A stretch of DNA of 64,000 nucleotides from Octopus vulgaris (GCA_951406725.2 OX597822.1:1860001-1924000), one strand, 5' to 3'. Shown: positions 1 through 15,301, counted from the stretch's first letter. Notes: generated by a model from the letters alone, not told the origin. Numbers and translations: made by a program.

Positions 1-300
1 TTGAGGATACCTAAAAGACAAAGTCTACGTTATGCAACCTGCGACGGTCGCTGATTTGAGAAGAGCCATTGAAGAGAATGCACACAAATACCAAACGAAT
101 TGTTTCGCGATGTTTGCGATTCCATTACTTCGCGTTGTCAGCAGTACCTCGACCAGAACGGACTTCAGTTAGAAAACAGTTGTTGACAAAACAATAAAAT
201 AATGTCTGTAGATTCTATTAAATTTTGAAAACGAAATATATTGTAATAAACACCTACCTTACAATTATCTAGAGTGCGTATACATTTTTGCGACATCCTG
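1..300 (+). mobile_element. 3' end of a decayed Tc1/mariner DNA transposon (transposase C-terminus plus right TIR), cut by the window edge
   Basis: From base 2 reads *GYLKDKVYVMQPATVADLRRAIEE, then after a frameshift ECTQIPNELFRDVCDSITSRCQQYLDQNGLQLENSC*. This matches the WGYLKxxVY..I..RC..G..E C-terminus of Tc1/mariner transposases. Ends ...tttttgcgacatcctg|TA next to (TA)n. Confidence 0.8.
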
Positions 301-423
301 TATATATATATATATTTATGCAAATATATATAAGCAAAAATGCTAGTTCTAAAATCTCTCTCAGAGATCAACGCAGAAGTTGTACTGTAAATTAATATTC
401 GTACCCACTTTAACATGGCTGAC

Positions 424-743
424 CGTTCTAGCCGACTCTGCTTCGATTTTTAACTCTAAGAGGACATCTTCTCTGTTTGGTTAACGATGCACAGCTGCAT
501 CTGATAGGATTGCGTGCAGGGGAGCGAACCCCTACCATCTCCTAGCGACGAGACCAGGCGACCAGTCCTGGTTTTGGGCTATTTCTGCCACTCCTCACGA
601 CTGTACTCCTCGTCTGCTTGAGATGATAGCAGATTGCTTCTGCAAGCAATATTTATATTTTATGGAATGCAGCTGTGCTTCGTTAACCAGCGAGAGCAGG
701 CGAACACTTGGGGTTAAGAAATCGCAGTAGAGTCTGCTAGAAC

Positions 744-744
<1 letters not shown>
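424..744. mobile_element. Fold-back (MITE-like) imperfect palindromic element
   Basis: Left end cgttctagccgactctgcttcgatttttaactctaag matches the reverse complement of the right end (cgttctagcagactctactgcgatttcttaaccccaag). Inner symmetry continues: tggttaacgatgcacagctgcat vs atgcagctgtgcttcgttaacca. Confidence 0.65.
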
Positions 745-816
<72 letters not shown>

Positions 817-818
<2 letters not shown>

Positions 819-1222
819 CGCAAGAGTGGCTGTATGGTAAGTAGCTTGCTTACGAACCACATGGTTCTGGGTTCAGTCCCACTGCGTGGAACCTTGGGCA
901 AGTGTCTTCTACTATAGCCTCAGGCCGACCAAAACCTTGTGAGTGGATTTGGTAGACGGAAACTGAAAGAAGCCCGTCGTATATACGTATATATGTATAT
1001 GTATATATATATGTATGTGTGTGTATATGTTTGTGTGTCTGTGTTTGTACCCCCAACAACCGATGCAGGTGTGTTTACGTCCCCGTAACTTAGCGGTTCA
1101 GCAAAAAAGAAACCGATAGATTAAGTACTAGACTTACAAAGAATAAGTCTTGGGGTCGATTTCCTCGATTAAAGCCGGTGCTCCATCATGGCCGCAGTCA
1201 AATAACTGAAACAAGTAAAAAA
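817..1222 (+). mobile_element. tRNA-derived SINE family A (bipartite, internal TA/TG microsatellite)
   Basis: Head ggcgcaagagtggctgtatggtaagtagc..ggttcagtccc with A/B-box-like motifs, core ccttgggcaagtg, internal (TA)/(TG) tract, tail catggccgcagtcaaataactgaaacaagtaaaa. Many homologous copies in the window. Confidence 0.9.
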
Positions 1223-1461
1223 ATATATATACATACATATATATATATAAAACTGTTTGCTTGTGTGTGTGTGTGTGTGTGTGTATGTGTGTGTGCAATC
1301 TTTAGCTAGTGCCCTGAACTCTATGGACTGTTTTATCCCTATCATTGCAGCCAGTTGAACTCCTGAAACGAACTAAAAACCCATATTGTTGATCCAAAAC
1401 AATAGTTTGCATCAGACGACTTACTTCCCGTGTATGCATTATTATGGGTTACAATGAGTTT

Positions 1462-1462
1462 G

Positions 1463-1556
<94 letters not shown>
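1462..1556. repeat. (TATC)n microsatellite
   Basis: Direct tandem TATC units. Confidence 0.95.
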
Positions 1557-1559
<3 letters not shown>

Positions 1560-2934
1560 GTCTATTTATCAATCTATCTCAATATATAATAAATAAAGCA
1601 ACCTATATCACTGCAGCTAGTTCTCCTTAACACCAACGCAATCACCATAAACACGCAAACACCAATGCATGTCGCGTTCTTACCATATTTTAGTTACCAA
1701 CATGATCCGCAACATTCGTATGAATCAGACAAGCAATTCCACGCAAAACAAAATACAAGATTATGAGATAAGGTAACGCTTTAGTGTATATTAAAAACTG
1801 AATGTAATTTTTTTTTTTATCTAAGACAAAGAAAACTTAGAATAAACAGCATCAAAAATAAAATTTACGAAAACAATATAAACCTTACCACCTCCAAGAA
1901 CACCTATATAGCACCGTCACCATCATGACAACTCCAAAATCAATGCAACGAACAAATACTATCACTAACTTAGTGACATTTGAATCAAATGACAACAATA
2001 ATACGACATCAACAATAAAAAAGATTTCCGCCAGATGGCAATGCCTGTTCCGATATATGTTGTATGTGTCTGCGTGTGTATGTGTAGTGAGTGTGTGTGT
2101 GTGTGTGTGCGTGCATGTGCGCATGTATGTGAATGCATGTGTTTGAGAAAAATGTGCAATATTGATGGCACCGGCCAAAGGTCTAGAGAGTAAATTGATA
2201 CCATAAAGATAAACATTGTAACATGGTAACATTTCAAGTAACTAATTGTACTGCATTGCCAATTATCTCACTCCAACGTTTCATCACCTCATTTGCGTTC
2301 TTGCATCCGTAGGAATGTGATAACTATGTCTTACCTCATAAAAAGATCAATTAATTTCTGCTGATGTTCTTTCTCTCATATTTGTTGTGGATATTCTTTG
2401 ATCACTGTCGCAGTTGGATTTACATAGAATTCAAAATATCTGCAATGAAAAGAGAAAATTGAGCGAGAAAATTTTGTCAAGGGCTCAAGAAGCGACTCTG
2501 TTAACTCCGCGGAACTTATTTTTTCATAGATTTAATGTGCTGCTTAAAATAAAACGACTTTTTTGAGTGTGTGGATCTGGGATCATATTCGACGTAAATA
2601 CGCCGATAAGCACAATACTATTTGTAAATAAACAAAATTTTGTATGTCGAACCCCAGAAAAAAAGAAATCTAACACTTCTCAATGAAGACCATTTTCTGT
2701 CTAGTAAAATGTTTTAAGAAGGCATCAACATTGGTTGTCAAGCGATGGTGAAGGGACAAGCACAAACGCAAATGGAATTTAGGCCGAACGAATTGAACCA
2801 AGTACCTATTTTTTAAGCCTTATATACCATTGGTCCCTTTGCTGAACTTCTAGGGATATAAACACACCAACATCGATTGTTAAGCAGGGTGGGGGTAAAC
2901 ACACACACACACATAACAAACACATGTGTGTGTA

Positions 2935-3118
2935 TACATACATACATACATGCATACATACATACATACATACATGCATACATACATACATACATACATA
3001 CATACATACACGCATACATACATACATACATACATACATACACGCATACATACATACATACATACATACATACATACATACACGCATACATACATACATA
3101 CATACATACATACATACA

Positions 3119-3146
<28 letters not shown>
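2935..3146. repeat. (CATA)n microsatellite
   Basis: Tandem CATA units with occasional CACG/TGCA variants; source of the MYVC/IHTY ORFs. Confidence 0.95.
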
Positions 3147-3149
<3 letters not shown>

Positions 3150-3579
3150 TGTGAATTTACACAATATCAAATGACAGGTGAAGCTGCCAGCGCTGATACA
3201 GAGACACCTGCCAGGTATAATGAGTATTTGAAAACAATTTTACGAAGTGTGACTAAACACCAGAACAAGCACAACGTCTTCATGAAACTGAAGTCTTCTG
3301 AAAGTCCTTGTCTACTGGAACTTTTATTTCTCGAGAAGAAAACTCAACACTAGGATTAAAACCTCTGACGGTTCATCTCGGGCGTGACGCTGGTCATATG
3401 AATTTGGCATCCCTACTCAAATGTCACTCTGAATAGACATGGGCTTGCAAACGTAATGAAATTTTAAACCCATTTCTGAATTTCTGATTTCGATTTCAAA
3501 TGATGCATAAATAACTAAACGTTTTTTCTTTACCGAAGAGTGGTTTACAAACATTTTCTTTTTAGTTGCATAAAAGCAT

Positions 3580-3788
3580 TCTTTTATTCTTTTACTTGTT
3601 TCAGTCATTTGAGTGCGGCCATGCTGGAGCACAACCTTAAGGAAATTTAGTAGAACAAATCGACCCCAAGATTTAGTTCTTATGCCTAGTACTTGTTCTA
3701 TAGGTCTCTTTTGCCGAACCGCTAAGTTACGGGTACGTAAACACACAAACATCAGTTGTCAAACTATGCTGGGGATACAAACACAGAC

Positions 3789-3844
<56 letters not shown>

Positions 3845-3846
3845 CT

Positions 3847-3899
<53 letters not shown>

Positions 3900-4042
3900 A
3901 TTCTTTACTGCCCACAAGGGGCTAAACATAGAGGGGACAAACAAGGACAGAAAAGGGATTAAGTCGATTACATCGACTCCAGTGCGAAACTGGTACTTTA
4001 TTTATCGACCCCGAAAAGATGAAATGCAAAGTCGACCTATAT

Positions 4043-4092
<50 letters not shown>

Positions 4093-4222
4093 GTATATAC
4101 GATGCGTTTCTTTCTGTTTCCGTCTACCAAATCCACTCATAAGGTTTTGATCGACCTGGGGCTATAATAGTAGAAGACACTTGCCCAAGGTGCCAAGCAT
4201 TGGGACTGAATCCGGAACCATG
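3580..4222 (-). mobile_element. SINE family A with a family B fragment (3900-4037) nested in its internal microsatellite
   Basis: Reverse complement of the family A tail (3580-3790) and head (4100-4222) flank (CA)n/(TA)n and a reversed family B tail. Confidence 0.8.
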
Positions 4223-4699
4223 TGGTTGTGAAGCAAGTTTCTATGCTAGTAATAATATTTCAAGCAAAAGCATTAACCATTTTGTTCTTTACACTCAGTC
4301 CCCCACTGAAGCTTAATGAGCTTTCTAGAAGTTCAGCATAAAGTGAATGCCGTGGATAACATATGTGAGACAAGGGATGAAGTGAAGCCTTCATCGCTGA
4401 AAGATGCTTGGAAAATACTACCAGATTGTACCTGGCATATTACAAGCTTTCCACAATGAAGAAGTCTACATCAAACTCGAGAAGGTTTTGTCGCATGTAA
4501 ATGATGTAGGATTTGAAGAAATCATAAAGAGGAATGGGGTTGCGTTGGCAGTGTTCCATAGAGAAGGGTTCTCTCATGCGGAACGGATGTTGTGAGAAAA
4601 AGAACAAAAGAACAGGCTGATACAACAATTAAGATGTTGCACCAGCTCCACTAAAACTGATTCCGAAGAATATCAAAAGAACTGGCGTTTATTAGTTGA

Positions 4700-4883
4700 A
4701 TTTTACTTGTTTCAGTCACCAGAGTGTAACCATGCTGGGGCAACACTTTGAAGAATTGACTCCAGTACTTATTTATTAAGCCCGGTATGCTATCGGTCTT
4801 CTTTGCTGAACCGCCAGGGACATAAATACCACAACATCGATTGTCAAGGAGTAGTAGGGGACAAACACGTACACACACATATA

Positions 4884-4953
<70 letters not shown>

Positions 4954-5150
4954 TATACACACACACACACATATATATAACGAGCTCCTTCCAGTTTTCT
5001 TCGAATTAATCCACTCACAAGTCTTTAGTCGGTCCTAGGCCATAGTAGAAGACACTTGTCTAACCTACCGGGCAGTTGGACTGAACTCGAAAGCATGTGG
5101 CTAGGAAGGGTACTTCTTACCACACTACCAAACTTCTTATCACACGCCAA
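4700..5150 (-). mobile_element. SINE family A (diverged)
   Basis: Reverse complement of tail (ttttacttgtttcagtca) and head (catagtagaagacacttg..ggactgaac) around (TA)n. Confidence 0.8.
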
Positions 5151-5384
5151 TAGTAGGTTTGTAAGTATTTTGATGAAAACAACCCTAATCATAAATGACC
5201 CCACGAATATGAAATAACTTAGGCTAAGTTCGAAACGCATTCCAGTACATGTTGATGGATGCGAATTAGAAAGTTGTGTCACTTGTCTTCCCAATATCTC
5301 TCATTCCACCATCACCGTTCACGCACAGTTTAACGTCATTTGTCGTAAGAACACAAATTGTATTATGATTGTTATGTATTCCCC

Positions 5385-5590
5385 AATGAACTTACAGAAT
5401 CGTGAGCATATCGGGTAGAATGTGTGGCTGCATTTCGTCTGCCCTTGCGATCTGAGTTCAAATTGACTTTGCCTTTCATCATTTCGAGGTCCATAAAATA
5501 AGTACCAGTCAAGTGCTCGGGTCGATCTAATTGATGTCACCCTCCCTTCAGGAACTGCTGGGCTCGTGCCAGATTTTGAAACCGTTTCAT
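5385..5590 (+). mobile_element. SINE family B (diverged)
   Basis: ctgagttcaaattgactttgcctttcatc..aaaataagtaccagtc..ggtcgatctaat, the central domain shared with other family B copies. Confidence 0.75.
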
Positions 5591-5804
5591 ATTACCTGAC
5601 AATTTCCTCTTGAACTGTTTTTTATGTATGTACGTATCTGTCTGCCTGTCCGTATGTATGTATGTATGTATACACACATACACACACACACATACATACA
5701 CACACACACACACATACACACACACACAAGCATAGTAGTATGTGTTTAGAATCTGTTATTTACACACATATGTCTTTTTGTTTTTGTTGATATTGTTTTT
5801 CGAA

Positions 5805-6110
5805 AGGCACGTGGGTATTTGGTTCACAATCGTAACGTCGTGAGTTCGGTCGCCGCCAGTGCGTTGTGTCTTCGAGCAAGCTACTTTATTTCACATTGTT
5901 CCAGTTCATTCGGCTGACAGAAATAAGTAGTATAGATATTTCAAAGGGCTAGCCCTGTCACATTCTGTGTGACGCTGAATGAATCTCCCTGAGAACTTCA
6001 TTTAGGGTCCACATGCCAGTGGTGTGCTAAGTCACTTGGTTTCCCGAGCACGATGTTCCGTTGATCGGATCAACTGGAACCCTCATCGTCGTAACCGACG
6101 AAGAACCAGT
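5805..6110 (+). mobile_element. SINE family C
   Basis: gtgagttcg..gcgttgtgtcttcgagcaagctactttatttcac..ccgttgatcggatcaactggaa; homologous to 51625-51918. Confidence 0.75.
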
Positions 6111-6781
6111 GTTTCGAAAAACTCTGTTGTAACACATCATCACGATTTACAACACGATAACCAATGGGGAAATTAATTTCACGTTACAGCAAAAACTTAA
6201 GAAACCATTGTCAACGCGAGGGATTTCTGTTTATCCTATTATCCAATGGATATCGACATCAGCAATCCGAATAGACACAGAAAGAAGTCTTGGCAATGAC
6301 GTCATTAGTTTTCCAGTTTTCCTATCAATTTACATCTGTTTAGGAATATCGATGAAACGCACTTGGCTGTCCCTCGCAACTAGAGATCAGCTTCGTGGAC
6401 GTTAAGACATAAGATACATTACTCCAGCCCTCGTCACTCTAAAATCATTAACCTTAAATCAATGTAAGAAGTCAATATTATTATTATTATTATTATTTAT
6501 TTTTTTTTTTCAAGAAAAGGCAATTTGAATGGCAGATATTTGTTATATACTAGATGTATGATGCGCCATAAATTCTTTTTCGTCTCGTTAGGTTCTGAGA
6601 TCACATTCTGCCTGGGAGAAATTTATCTTTCATCTATGTTCGATCGATAAATTTAGGACCGCCAATCAATCAACGAGTTCGATTATATCGATAGACATCT
6701 AATAAATAACTTGTGGACTGGAACCAAAGTTAGAAATCATCCTCATAAGTTTTTCAGTTATTTTATGCAATCATCATTATC

Positions 6782-6880
<99 letters not shown>

Positions 6881-6889
6881 AGCATTATT

Positions 6890-8050
<1,161 letters not shown>

Positions 8051-8063
8051 TAATTATTATTGT

Positions 8064-8114
<51 letters not shown>

Positions 8115-8419
8115 AGCTAAATATATAAATATATATTTGTACATTTGCTCTATTTTGTTTTGTCTTGTGAGGTTTTCTTTTGTTTTTCTTATAACCACCT
8201 CCCCCACTACTATTCAAAAGCAAATTTGCCCTTTATTTAGCATCGCAAGTGCTCCGACCGCCTACCAGGAATGATCTGATTGGTGGGAAAATCGGTTACC
8301 GTAATAGGAAAATCTCCTTTCTGATTGTGTTGTGGTACATGTGCGCGAAGATCGATATTTTAAAACCTTATGTGTTGGAGGAAATATCGCTAGTCAGATT
8401 TGACAAGATACTGGCACAC

Positions 8420-8654
8420 ATTTTATTTCACCTTCACTTTCTTCTTTCACACCTTGTCCCCCATCTCCTCTTCTTCTTCCATCTTCTTCCATCTACATCT
8501 CTTTTTTCTTCTTTTTCATCATTTCCTCCTCCTCCACCCTTTATATCTTTTCTTCTCCTTCAGACTCTCCTTCGTTTTTTCTTCTTTTTCTCTATCTCCT
8601 CCTCCTCCTCCTTCTTCTTCTTCTTCTTCTTCTTCTTCTTCTTCTTCTTCTCCT

Positions 8655-8689
<35 letters not shown>

Positions 8690-8748
8690 TTCCTCTTCTT
8701 CTTCATACTACTACTACTACAACTACTACTACTACTAGTAATCATCAT

Positions 8749-8779
<31 letters not shown>

Positions 8780-8925
8780 CACATCTTCTTACTGTTGTTA
8801 TTCTCCTTCTTAATATTCTTGTTTTAAATCATCACAACCACCACCACAATCATTATCATCATCGTTGTGGTTGTCATCATCGCCGCTTCCGTCATTGTCG
8901 TCGTCGTCGCAGCAGCAGCAGCAAC

Positions 8926-8960
<35 letters not shown>

Positions 8961-8979
8961 CAGTAGTAGTAGTAGTAGC

Positions 8980-9030
<51 letters not shown>

Positions 9031-10296
9031 CCTCATTTTATCATCCTATTTCTTTCTAAAGAAAAACACGAACAACAACAGCAGCGGATGATGATGATGA
9101 TGATGATATTGAAAATAATGATAATAATAATGATATTAGTAATGATAATCATATGGAATGATCTACAATAATTCTATTTCCTTCATTCTGTTAGAGTCAT
9201 TTCGTTTTTCTCATTGCTTTCGTTTCTTTCCAAATTTAAACCACGCTAAGAGCGGGATTCATCGTCTCCTTCAAGTCAGTTTCTCCTCCATTCTATCCGG
9301 AATGCTCCTCCTCCTCCTCCTCCTCCTCCTCCTCCTCCTCCTCCTCCTCCTCCTCCTCCTCCTCCTCCTCCTCTCTCTTCTTCTTCTTCTTCTTCTTCTT
9401 CTTCTCTTCTTCTTCTTCATAATCTTCTTCTTCTACTCCATCACCTCCTCACCTCCTCCTCACCTCCTCACCACCTCACCTCCGCCTCCTCCTCCTCCTC
9501 CTCCTTCTTCTTCTACTCTTCTTCTTCTTCTACTCTTCTTCTTCTTCTACTCTTCTTCTTCTTCTACTCTTCTTCTTCTTCTTCTTCTTCTTCTTCTTCT
9601 ACTCCTCCTCCTTCTTCTCCGTTAACTTCTCAGTTAGTTTTTTCATCATCGCTGGATTTCTTTGGTTTTTTTTTTCTTATACTCATTACTTCAATATAAC
9701 CTCATGTTTTTCTTTCTATTTTTTTCTTCAGAACTTTTATCATCATCAACCTTGTCATCATCATTATCACCATCATCCTCAAAATTACCACCTCTTCCTC
9801 CTCCTTCCCACTTTTCCCTCTTTTCCTCTTCACCCTCATCTTCATCATCAACATCGTCGCCACCATAATCGAAGTCATCACCATCGAACCACCAACCATC
9901 CATCCACTTCTTTCCCCACTTTCTCCATTCTCTTACCCTTCCTCCTCTACCTCCTCTTCCACCTCATCCTCCTCATCCTCCTCATCCTCATCATTATCAT
10001 CATCATCATCATCATCATCATGTTTTAATATTATCTTCATTAAACATATGGTAACTCCAAAAATTTGTATTCGACTTTTTTTTGCTTGCTTACTTCGAGT
10101 ATTCTAACACCAACAACAACAACACCACCAACACTATCACAACTACCACCACCACCTCTACCTTTCCCCTTTTATCCCAACTCCTGCTCATTTTTCATCC
10201 TTTTCTATTATTAGTCTTTAGATGTAACATTAGTATTAATATCTGTAATAGTAATGAACAATTTTGCTGCAAATATCAAACAGGCTACTACTGCTG

Positions 10297-10350
<54 letters not shown>

Positions 10351-10380
10351 ATACTACTACTAGTAATACTACTACTACTA
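8420..10380. repeat. Patchwork of trinucleotide repeats (CTT, CCT, CAT, TAG, CTA)
   Basis: Directly visible low-complexity tracts. Confidence 0.95.
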
Positions 10381-10689
10381 TAAAAGTAAGACAGGCTACC
10401 TGTGTCATACAGATGGATTCCTTGTTAGTAGTGGCACAAATGACACAATGGCGTTATGTGCGAGTGTGGATGGATACGATCATACGAATGTCTGTTTTGT
10501 GTCCGTGTGTCCGCGTTGTTGCTTGTGTGACTATGCGTGTGCGCCTGAGTGAATACAAGTGCTTTACATTTGTAAATGTGTCCTGTGTGTTATTAATGCT
10601 TGTATATTTGTGTTTTGGCATACACACACACACACACACACATATACGTATATATACATGCATATATGTATGTATACACGCATATATAT

Positions 10690-10729
<40 letters not shown>

Positions 10730-10753
10730 GCATGCTTATATATACATATGCAA

Positions 10754-10784
<31 letters not shown>

Positions 10785-10816
10785 TGTATTATATTATATA
10801 TACATATACATGCAAA

Positions 10817-13344
10817 TGATGGCGGTCCACTCTTGACCGAGGAAGACCATTGCTGACTTTCAGGAACATTGTGCGCTCTAGGACTAACTTATAACTTGCA
10901 TTTGCGACTCCATTGGTGGCTAATGAGCCCTGCTCTTGACAACCATACACGACTGTAAACATTGCAGACCAAGTTTTCCCTCATTCACTACACTAGCAAT
11001 GTGCCTCCGAGCTACACGCTTAAGTTCTTCATGCTGAACACGTGCTCTCTCAAGTGTCTACCTACTACTTCACCTGCTTCCTCCATCTGTGGCGATGACA
11101 GGCATTGTTCTTTCAGTCAGTCTCCTGGATATCACAGATATCGCAGCCTTGATTTATGCCAGGGTCTCTTTCCATTCACAAGTTTCCCTTATAGTATATG
11201 CTTATGGATCCTTCTATCCTTCATTCTAATAAGGTGTCCATTCCAACGTAATAGGTGTTTGTGCACCATCACCTCAATAGTCAAGATATCAGCTGTCCTC
11301 AGGACCTGTGTGTCTGGAGTTTTTAAGGTTCAGCTGACATTCAGAATGTGCTTGAGATATTGCTGATGAAAGCGTTGAAGGACATTTACATGACGTTTGT
11401 AAAGGGCCCACGTCTCACATGAGTAAAGGACCGATATCAGTACACATACACGGTACACAGCAATTTTCGTTTGCCTTGTGATGCCATGCTGGGACCAGGG
11501 ACAAGGCTGAAGAGACGGAAGGAACTGACTGGTCTCTGCAGCCTGAAAGATATTTTATCCTCTAGGGAACAAGAACGTCTGAGTGTGCTGCCCAGGTAGA
11601 CAAACTTGTCCACCACTTTCAGAATTGTTCCTTCAACCAAGATAGTTGGTTCCACATATGGATTTCGTGGTGCATACTGGAACATTACAACAGTCTTCTT
11701 CAGGCTAATGTTGAGTCCAAATGCCTTGCAAGAAGCAGAAATACAATTCATAAGTATTTGCATGTCGTCCACTGTATGATTGACTAAGTCACAGTCATCT
11801 ACATAAAGGAGGTCACGAATAAGAGACTGGAAAACTTTTGTATTGGCAGCAAATTGGCACAGATTAAAGAGACGGCTAGAAGATCTATATCTGACATATA
11901 CTCCTAGAGAGCTAACCAGAGAGCAAAAGCATGGGTAAAAGCAGCAGCAAAGTGCAAAGAAAAGAGAGTTGGGGCAAGGATGTCCTCCTGCTTGACGCCA
12001 TTCTCTACAGGAATGGGATCCGCCATTCCACCCCCATTCCATCATGAAATGATTTAATTATAGATACAAAGTGATCCGGACATCCAAGTTTGCCAAGTAT
12101 TTTCCATAGAAAGACTATTTCCAGTATCAAAGACCTTCGTTAGATCAATGAATACCTGGATATGATCCATATTCTACTAATTGCACTTCTCCTGCATCTG
12201 TCTCGCTGCGAAAGTCATATCCATTGTCTCTCTACCAGATCGGAAGCCACATTGGGATTCGGATGAGACATCATTTACGAGACACCCATTCAGGCGGCTA
12301 AGAAGAATATTTGCCAGAAGCTTGCCAGCAATACCTCTGTAGTTACCACACATTGTTCTGTTTCTTTATAGAGAGGAAGAACAATAGCATTGCACCATCC
12401 CTCCAGACTGCATAACAACATGAAGGGGCTGTATGATGTAATCACCACCAAATCACAAGACCTCAGCACAAAATCCATCATTTCCAGGTGCCCTACCAAG
12501 ATTCAATTTACTTATTGATGTCATTACTTCATCTATTGAGATCGTGGAATTTAAGGAGACAATAAATCCACAACTCATTCATGATGCAGAGAAGTGCTCG
12601 ATCCAGCGACCTGTGATTTCTGTTGATTTAGTAAATAGAGTGGAAACTCCTTGGAAAGCAAAGGAGCTGATGTAGAGCTCCGAGGCACATAAAATTACTT
12701 CATAAGATGGTAAATCTTCTTGCTATCATTTGCATCGGCAGCAGCCTGAACATCATGAGCAAGATCCACCAACCAAGTGTTCTGCATCTTCCTGAGAGAT
12801 CGCTGCGGTAGTGATTTTACACTGCTATATTGGGCAAGTCCTAGATTTCGCTGCACAGCAGAAAGTCCACTGTGAAGCAATACATTGTGGGCATGACACT
12901 TTACAGCCAATAGTCGCTGAACTTCAGCATCATTTTCATCAAACCAGTCTCTGTGTCTGGCAGTTGCATATCTCAGTGTTTCGGCAGCACATTGACGAAC
13001 ATGGTCTCGAAAATCTGCCCATTTTGAAGCTCTTTCCTCAACCACAGTATCATGCATCTTGTGGATATTCAGACGCCGAGGAATGCTGACTGGCCCTCTT
13101 TCTCTTTCACTCTAATCCTCATCTGGAACTTTGCTCGCACTAGACTGTGGTCTGTCCAGCATCCCGATCCATGAGAGGACTTGACATTACAAATGTCATA
13201 CATGCCACGCTTGCGGATGATGACATAATCCAGCAAGTGCAAAACTTTAGACCTTGGATGCATCCACGTCGTTGTGTGATCACCTTTGTGCATAAAATGA
13301 GTGCTTGCGATGTAAAGTCCATGTTCATCGCAAAGTTCCAGGAT
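10817..13344 (-). mobile_element. RTE-clade LINE, 5'-truncated, with many stops and frameshifts (EN C-terminal part, RT, C-terminus)
   Basis: LELCDEHGLYIASTHFMHK-TTWMHPRSKVLHLLDY..CWTDHSLV (APE endonuclease); DWFDEND; SQCGFRSGRETMDM; LLYVDDCDL (YADD equivalent); FGLNISLKKT..VDKFVYLGS. Confidence 0.93.
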
Positions 13345-14865
13345 TTCAAGAGTTCGCTTCTTTGATTTAAAGAATTATTAAAGGACGATAATTCTTTAAA
13401 TCAAAGAAGCGTACTCTTGAATTTCTGCAGACACACAACTAAATTTAAAATGTCGACAAGCAATATCCCATATGAATAGCGTATATTTTTTATTCCTGGA
13501 CTAGTTTTTGATCACACGGTTGGATTTGTTTCGTATTATGCATGATTTATTACGCATCGCAAAGTTTTTTGTATATATTTCGACATATTTCTTGAGGAAA
13601 ACCTTCGACCGTTATATACAAATATTATTACTATTTTCTTGTTTAGGACTCTGCTTTTATTTGCACTTTATTCTATTCTAATAACCCATTTTTATCGCTT
13701 AATTTATAGATAATTCGATATTAGGGTGTTATATTTTGCATGTTTTTTTCCTAAATATTATTATAATACACTCAGCAATTTTTAAATAATGTTGTTTGTA
13801 TACAGGTCAGGACCTAGACATGTTTTTATGTGAATATTTGTATTGTTGGCATGCATATGTATTCGTATGTATGCGCCTATGTATAGGCGGCTATGTAAGT
13901 AAGCGTATATGTTTATGCTTATGCGCATACATACATGAATGTATATGTATGCATGTATTCACTTGAATTTGTGTGGATGTATATTTACGTACTTATCTCT
14001 ATATATTTATATATGTGTTCTTATATGTGTATTTACTGCTAATATACACTTTTATATACACACGTATACGTAATTTTCTTTTGTGAACGTTCGTTACGCA
14101 TATTCAGATGTCTTTCTTTCATAATTTTTCTCCCCCTATTCGTTCCTTGTATAGGGTCCTGTAACTTTACGCCCCTTTTCCTTCTCTTACTCACTTCCTT
14201 AGCTATCTGTTGCTTATAAGGTCGTTACCTTTTCTTTTTCTTTTTCCTCCCCCTCTCTATGTTTTACTACTTGTCTATATGTATAGACCAAGTGATATTT
14301 GCATGCGGGCAAGATTGCGTATACATATGTATAAGTGTATTTGTGTGTATATTTACGTCTTGCTTATATATGTCTGCATATGTATATGGTCTGTGCACAT
14401 CTATCTATGTATTTTGATGCATATATGTATATTGATGGTTTAGTATGCGTATATACTCTTGTGAAATATTTTAATCTTTAATGTATTAATTGTATTAATC
14501 GAATTATATTTCATATATAATTAATGACAATATGTATTTTGAATCCGTTCTTCGATTTAAGGTTTTTCCTCGATTTTTATATTTTATAATTTATATTGAA
14601 TGCATTTATTTTGTTTATCTTGCTTATCGCATGCTTAAGACCGTTATTTGAAAGGACCAATGAAAGAAATCAATTTTTAAAGGTGATCCTTTATCTAGTG
14701 TTTAACATATGTTTTATTTTAACAAAACAGTCCGACGACGGGAACGTGAGACTCCGAGTAACAGCTTTTGTTATTTTTTTTGCTGTTTTTAAATAAAGCA
14801 TATTACTCTACCTCTGGTATTTGAGTACTCTTGTTTCCACCTTGTTACCGGTATATAATACATAT
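13345..14865 (+). mobile_element. 5'-truncated Penelope-like element: ORF C-terminus, long 3' UTR and degenerate HHR-bearing terminus, with a 34-bp 5' inversion
   Basis: 13378-13479 reads LKDDNSLNQRSVLLNFCRHTTKFKMSTSNIPYE*, resembling from recall the LNKRSELxxKCRHxxKF end of C-terminal GIY-YIG PLEs. Degenerate HHR at 14727-14765; ends at a (TA)/(CA) microsatellite. Confidence 0.6.
14727..14765 (+). ncRNA. Degenerate minimal hammerhead ribozyme motif
   Basis: acagt CCGACGA cg-ggaa-cg t GAGAC tccga GTA acagc: two core mismatches versus CUGANGA/GAAAC; stem III ACTC/GAGT retained. Confidence 0.45.
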
Positions 14866-14877
14866 ACATATATATAT

Positions 14878-15301
<424 letters not shown>

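Larger units (their letters stand above)
2420..4690 (+). mobile_element. Fragmented Tigger/pogo-type transposon relic interrupted by SINEs and microsatellites
   Basis: Collinear decayed motifs: LLKIKR..SVWIWDH (CENP-B-like HTH, ~2530-2600); NLHNIK-MTGEAASADTE (3150-3240); HETEVF*KSLSTGTFISREE..LLKCHSE (DETGLFWK..TYISKEE equivalent, ~3280-3435); NAVDNICETRDEVKPSSLKDAWK..VGFEE (4345-4520). Confidence 0.75.

Noticed and set aside
2806-3353. Overlapping MYVC/IHTY ORFs, and similar YIYI, poly-L, poly-N and poly-K ORFs across the window
   Set aside because: Translations of microsatellites. Only the MTGEAASADTE part is meaningful, and it belongs to the Tigger relic.
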